The position numbers and the translations under genes are program-made. The notes under the pieces were generated by a model that saw only the letters and a list, made by a program, of their open reading frames with translations, did not search any database and had not been told where the DNA came from. DNA of 64,000 nt from a virus. The DNA is taken from the IMG/VR virus record IMGVR_UViG_3300042898_002099; one strand, given 5' to 3'. Positions within the stretch are counted from its first letter, which is position 1; each line of letters opens with the position of its first letter. Below are positions 62,669 to 64,000 of this stretch, piece after piece.

Positions 62669-62924
62669 ATGTCTTTTTAATTGTCTGAATACTAAGACCT
62701 ATTGTGCCTTCGGCCATTGCAACATCGTGGCTAGTATGGCAATTATCAGTTGGTGTATTCTTAACTGCTTCAATACAAGCATCGACCACAGACATAATCA
62801 TTTTTTCTAATATGACATGATCTGCGGGATTTAGTATTCCTGCGGCTTGAATAAACTCTTGAGGTGAACGTCTAACAAGATATTCTCCCCTACCCATTAC
62901 CTTAAAATTTACAGTGGTAATCAC
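62652..62924 (-). CDS. Small early protein (related to the E.FA.LI..EC family)
   Basis: AAG...EK....VV..CI.AV...IK..FG. Confidence 0.55.
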   Translation of the reverse strand: MITTVNFKVMGRGEYLVRRSPQEFIQAAGILNPADHVILEKMIMSVVDACIEAVKNTPTDNCHTSHDVAMAEGTIGLSIQTIKKTFGNGN

Positions 62925-63190
62925 ACTAATTCCTCAACAACACCTAGTATTTCTGCTAGAATCAACAATCCGCCTGCAATGATAAACTCGCCATTTATTA
63001 GAGCAACACCTGCTAAAATTCGAATTGCACTCTTTACAAGGCTAACATAGAAGTGTCCCTTACTTGTATCTTTAGGCTGGATTTCAATCATTGGAGGGAG
63101 ATGAGGACAACGACCTTGCTTCCAGTCGCAGTTTGGGTCTATTGCTTTAAGGCAGACCGCACACCTTTTGGGTTTTTCTCTTGTAGTCAT
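62921..63190 (-). CDS. Small membrane protein with Cys-rich N-terminus
   Basis: CxxC, CDWKQGRCPH; HFY.SL.KS..RI, AE.LG..EELV. Confidence 0.65.
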   Translation of the reverse strand: MTTREKPKRCAVCLKAIDPNCDWKQGRCPHLPPMIEIQPKDTSKGHFYVSLVKSAIRILAGVALINGEFIIAGGLLILAEILGVVEELV

Positions 63191-63202
63191 TGTATTCTTT
63201 AT

Positions 63203-63430
63203 TCAAAATTTTGATAATAGTGCTTTTACTTCAGGGAATTCTTTTTGATCTGCTAATACTTGATCGAGACTTTCAATCAGTACTAGGCGCATCAATTGTT
63301 CGCTCATACGACGCTCTCGTGAGCTTAGAGTGGATTGCCATTCTTCAAGTTCATCTAGCATTTCAAAAGACCACATGATGTCTAGCATTTCAACTTGTTC
63401 TTCTGTTAAATTATCAATACGAATACTCAT
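63203..63430 (-). CDS. Hypothetical protein
   Basis: LT.EQV.MLD.MW. Confidence 0.65.
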   Translation of the reverse strand: MSIRIDNLTEEQVEMLDIMWSFEMLDELEEWQSTLSSRERRMSEQLMRLVLIESLDQVLADQKEFPEVKALLSKF

Positions 63431-63447
63431 AACAATCCTAAAATTAT

Positions 63448-63476
63448 ATTATATAAACTAATTGTCTCTGTGTCAA
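63448..63476 (-). promoter_or_regulatory. Sigma70 promoter
   Basis: TTGACA-17-TATAAT. Confidence 0.8.
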
Positions 63477-63489
63477 CAGAAACGGCATA

Positions 63490-64000
63490 CTACAATGGGA
63501 ATTCAAACACTATTGGCGCAGGCGGTTGTTCTTTTTCCATTGCCTTTGCTGTAATTAAATCATTTGCAATTTGTGATCTGTCTTTCACATTAGTTTGACC
63601 TAGTATTACTATGCCATGTAATGATTTATTCTTTTCAACTAGCATAATGACACACCGCCCTGCGGCATTAGTAAATCCTGTTTTAGATATTAAAATATTA
63701 TCAAAGACAAACAAACTAGGATTTGTATTCTTTAGATTTACAGTAATAGTCTTTTTACCTTTGGGTACAGATATATGATCATTACGTTCTTTTGCTATAT
63801 TACGAATTACTTCATTGTTCCTAATCTTCCACAAGAATGTAATTAAATCTGCGGCTGTACTAACATTGCCTGCCAATAGACCAGAACTATCTACAATCTT
63901 AGTATTGATTAGTCCCATGCCTCTGGCATATTCGTTTGTATCTAATATGAACTTATCAAACCCACCAGGGTAAGTATGAGCCAATGTTTCTGCGGCTAAA
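63490..64000 (-). CDS. Peptidase S11 (D-Ala-D-Ala carboxy/endopeptidase, PBP7-like), 5' part outside window
   Basis: G..NT...D.SGL...NVSTA.DL, NTN, SKTGFT.AAG.C. Confidence 0.85.
   Translation of the reverse strand, partial: LAAETLAHTYPGGFDKFILDTNEYARGMGLINTKIVDSSGLLAGNVSTAADLITFLWKIRNNEVIRNIAKERNDHISVPKGKKTITVNLKNTNPSLFVFDNILISKTGFTNAAGRCVIMLVEKNKSLHGIVILGQTNVKDRSQIANDLITAKAMEKEQPPAPIVFEFPL

Overview
64 kb of a large, AT-rich T4-like myovirus genome. It is not a cyanophage by the markers visible here; the tmRNA tag and the stand-alone ArnA-type decarboxylase point to a betaproteobacterial host. 1-28.8 kb is a virion module: tail fibre/accessory proteins, a split VrlC/DUF4815 protein, gp8, a split gp7 whose C-half carries a subtilisin, gp6, gp25, gp5, a hub protein, gp53 and gp48, then a + strand block gp4, gp2, gp54, gp26, gp51 and a putative gp29. 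28.8-51.4 kb (- strand) holds replication/late-transcription genes (gp32, gp59, gp33, ligase, RNase H) and auxiliary genes (heme oxygenase + PcyX, two 2OG-Fe(II) oxygenases, PhoH, GH19 lysin, holin, NDP-sugar enzymes), plus a circularly permuted two-piece tmRNA. 51.4-64 kb is an early region of many small ORFs driven by a repeated family of consensus sigma70 promoters. Most notable: (1) a Cys-rich Oxidored-like ORF runs through the tmRNA acceptor piece and its 115-nt intervening segment; (2) a complete dnaX-type -1 frameshift cassette would add an amphipathic tail to a conserved T4-like protein; (3) a T_TTT_TTC -1 site would fuse gp26 to a start-less gp51 just before the putative tape measure gene; (4) a four-gene cassette may make a C-methyl-branched pentose; (5) the VrlC N-half ends in a membrane-like segment plus an S74 autocleaving chaperone; (6) early promoters carry ACCCTT/AAGGGT inverted repeats, and two have antisense partners. 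All family assignments are by motif recognition; no database search was run.
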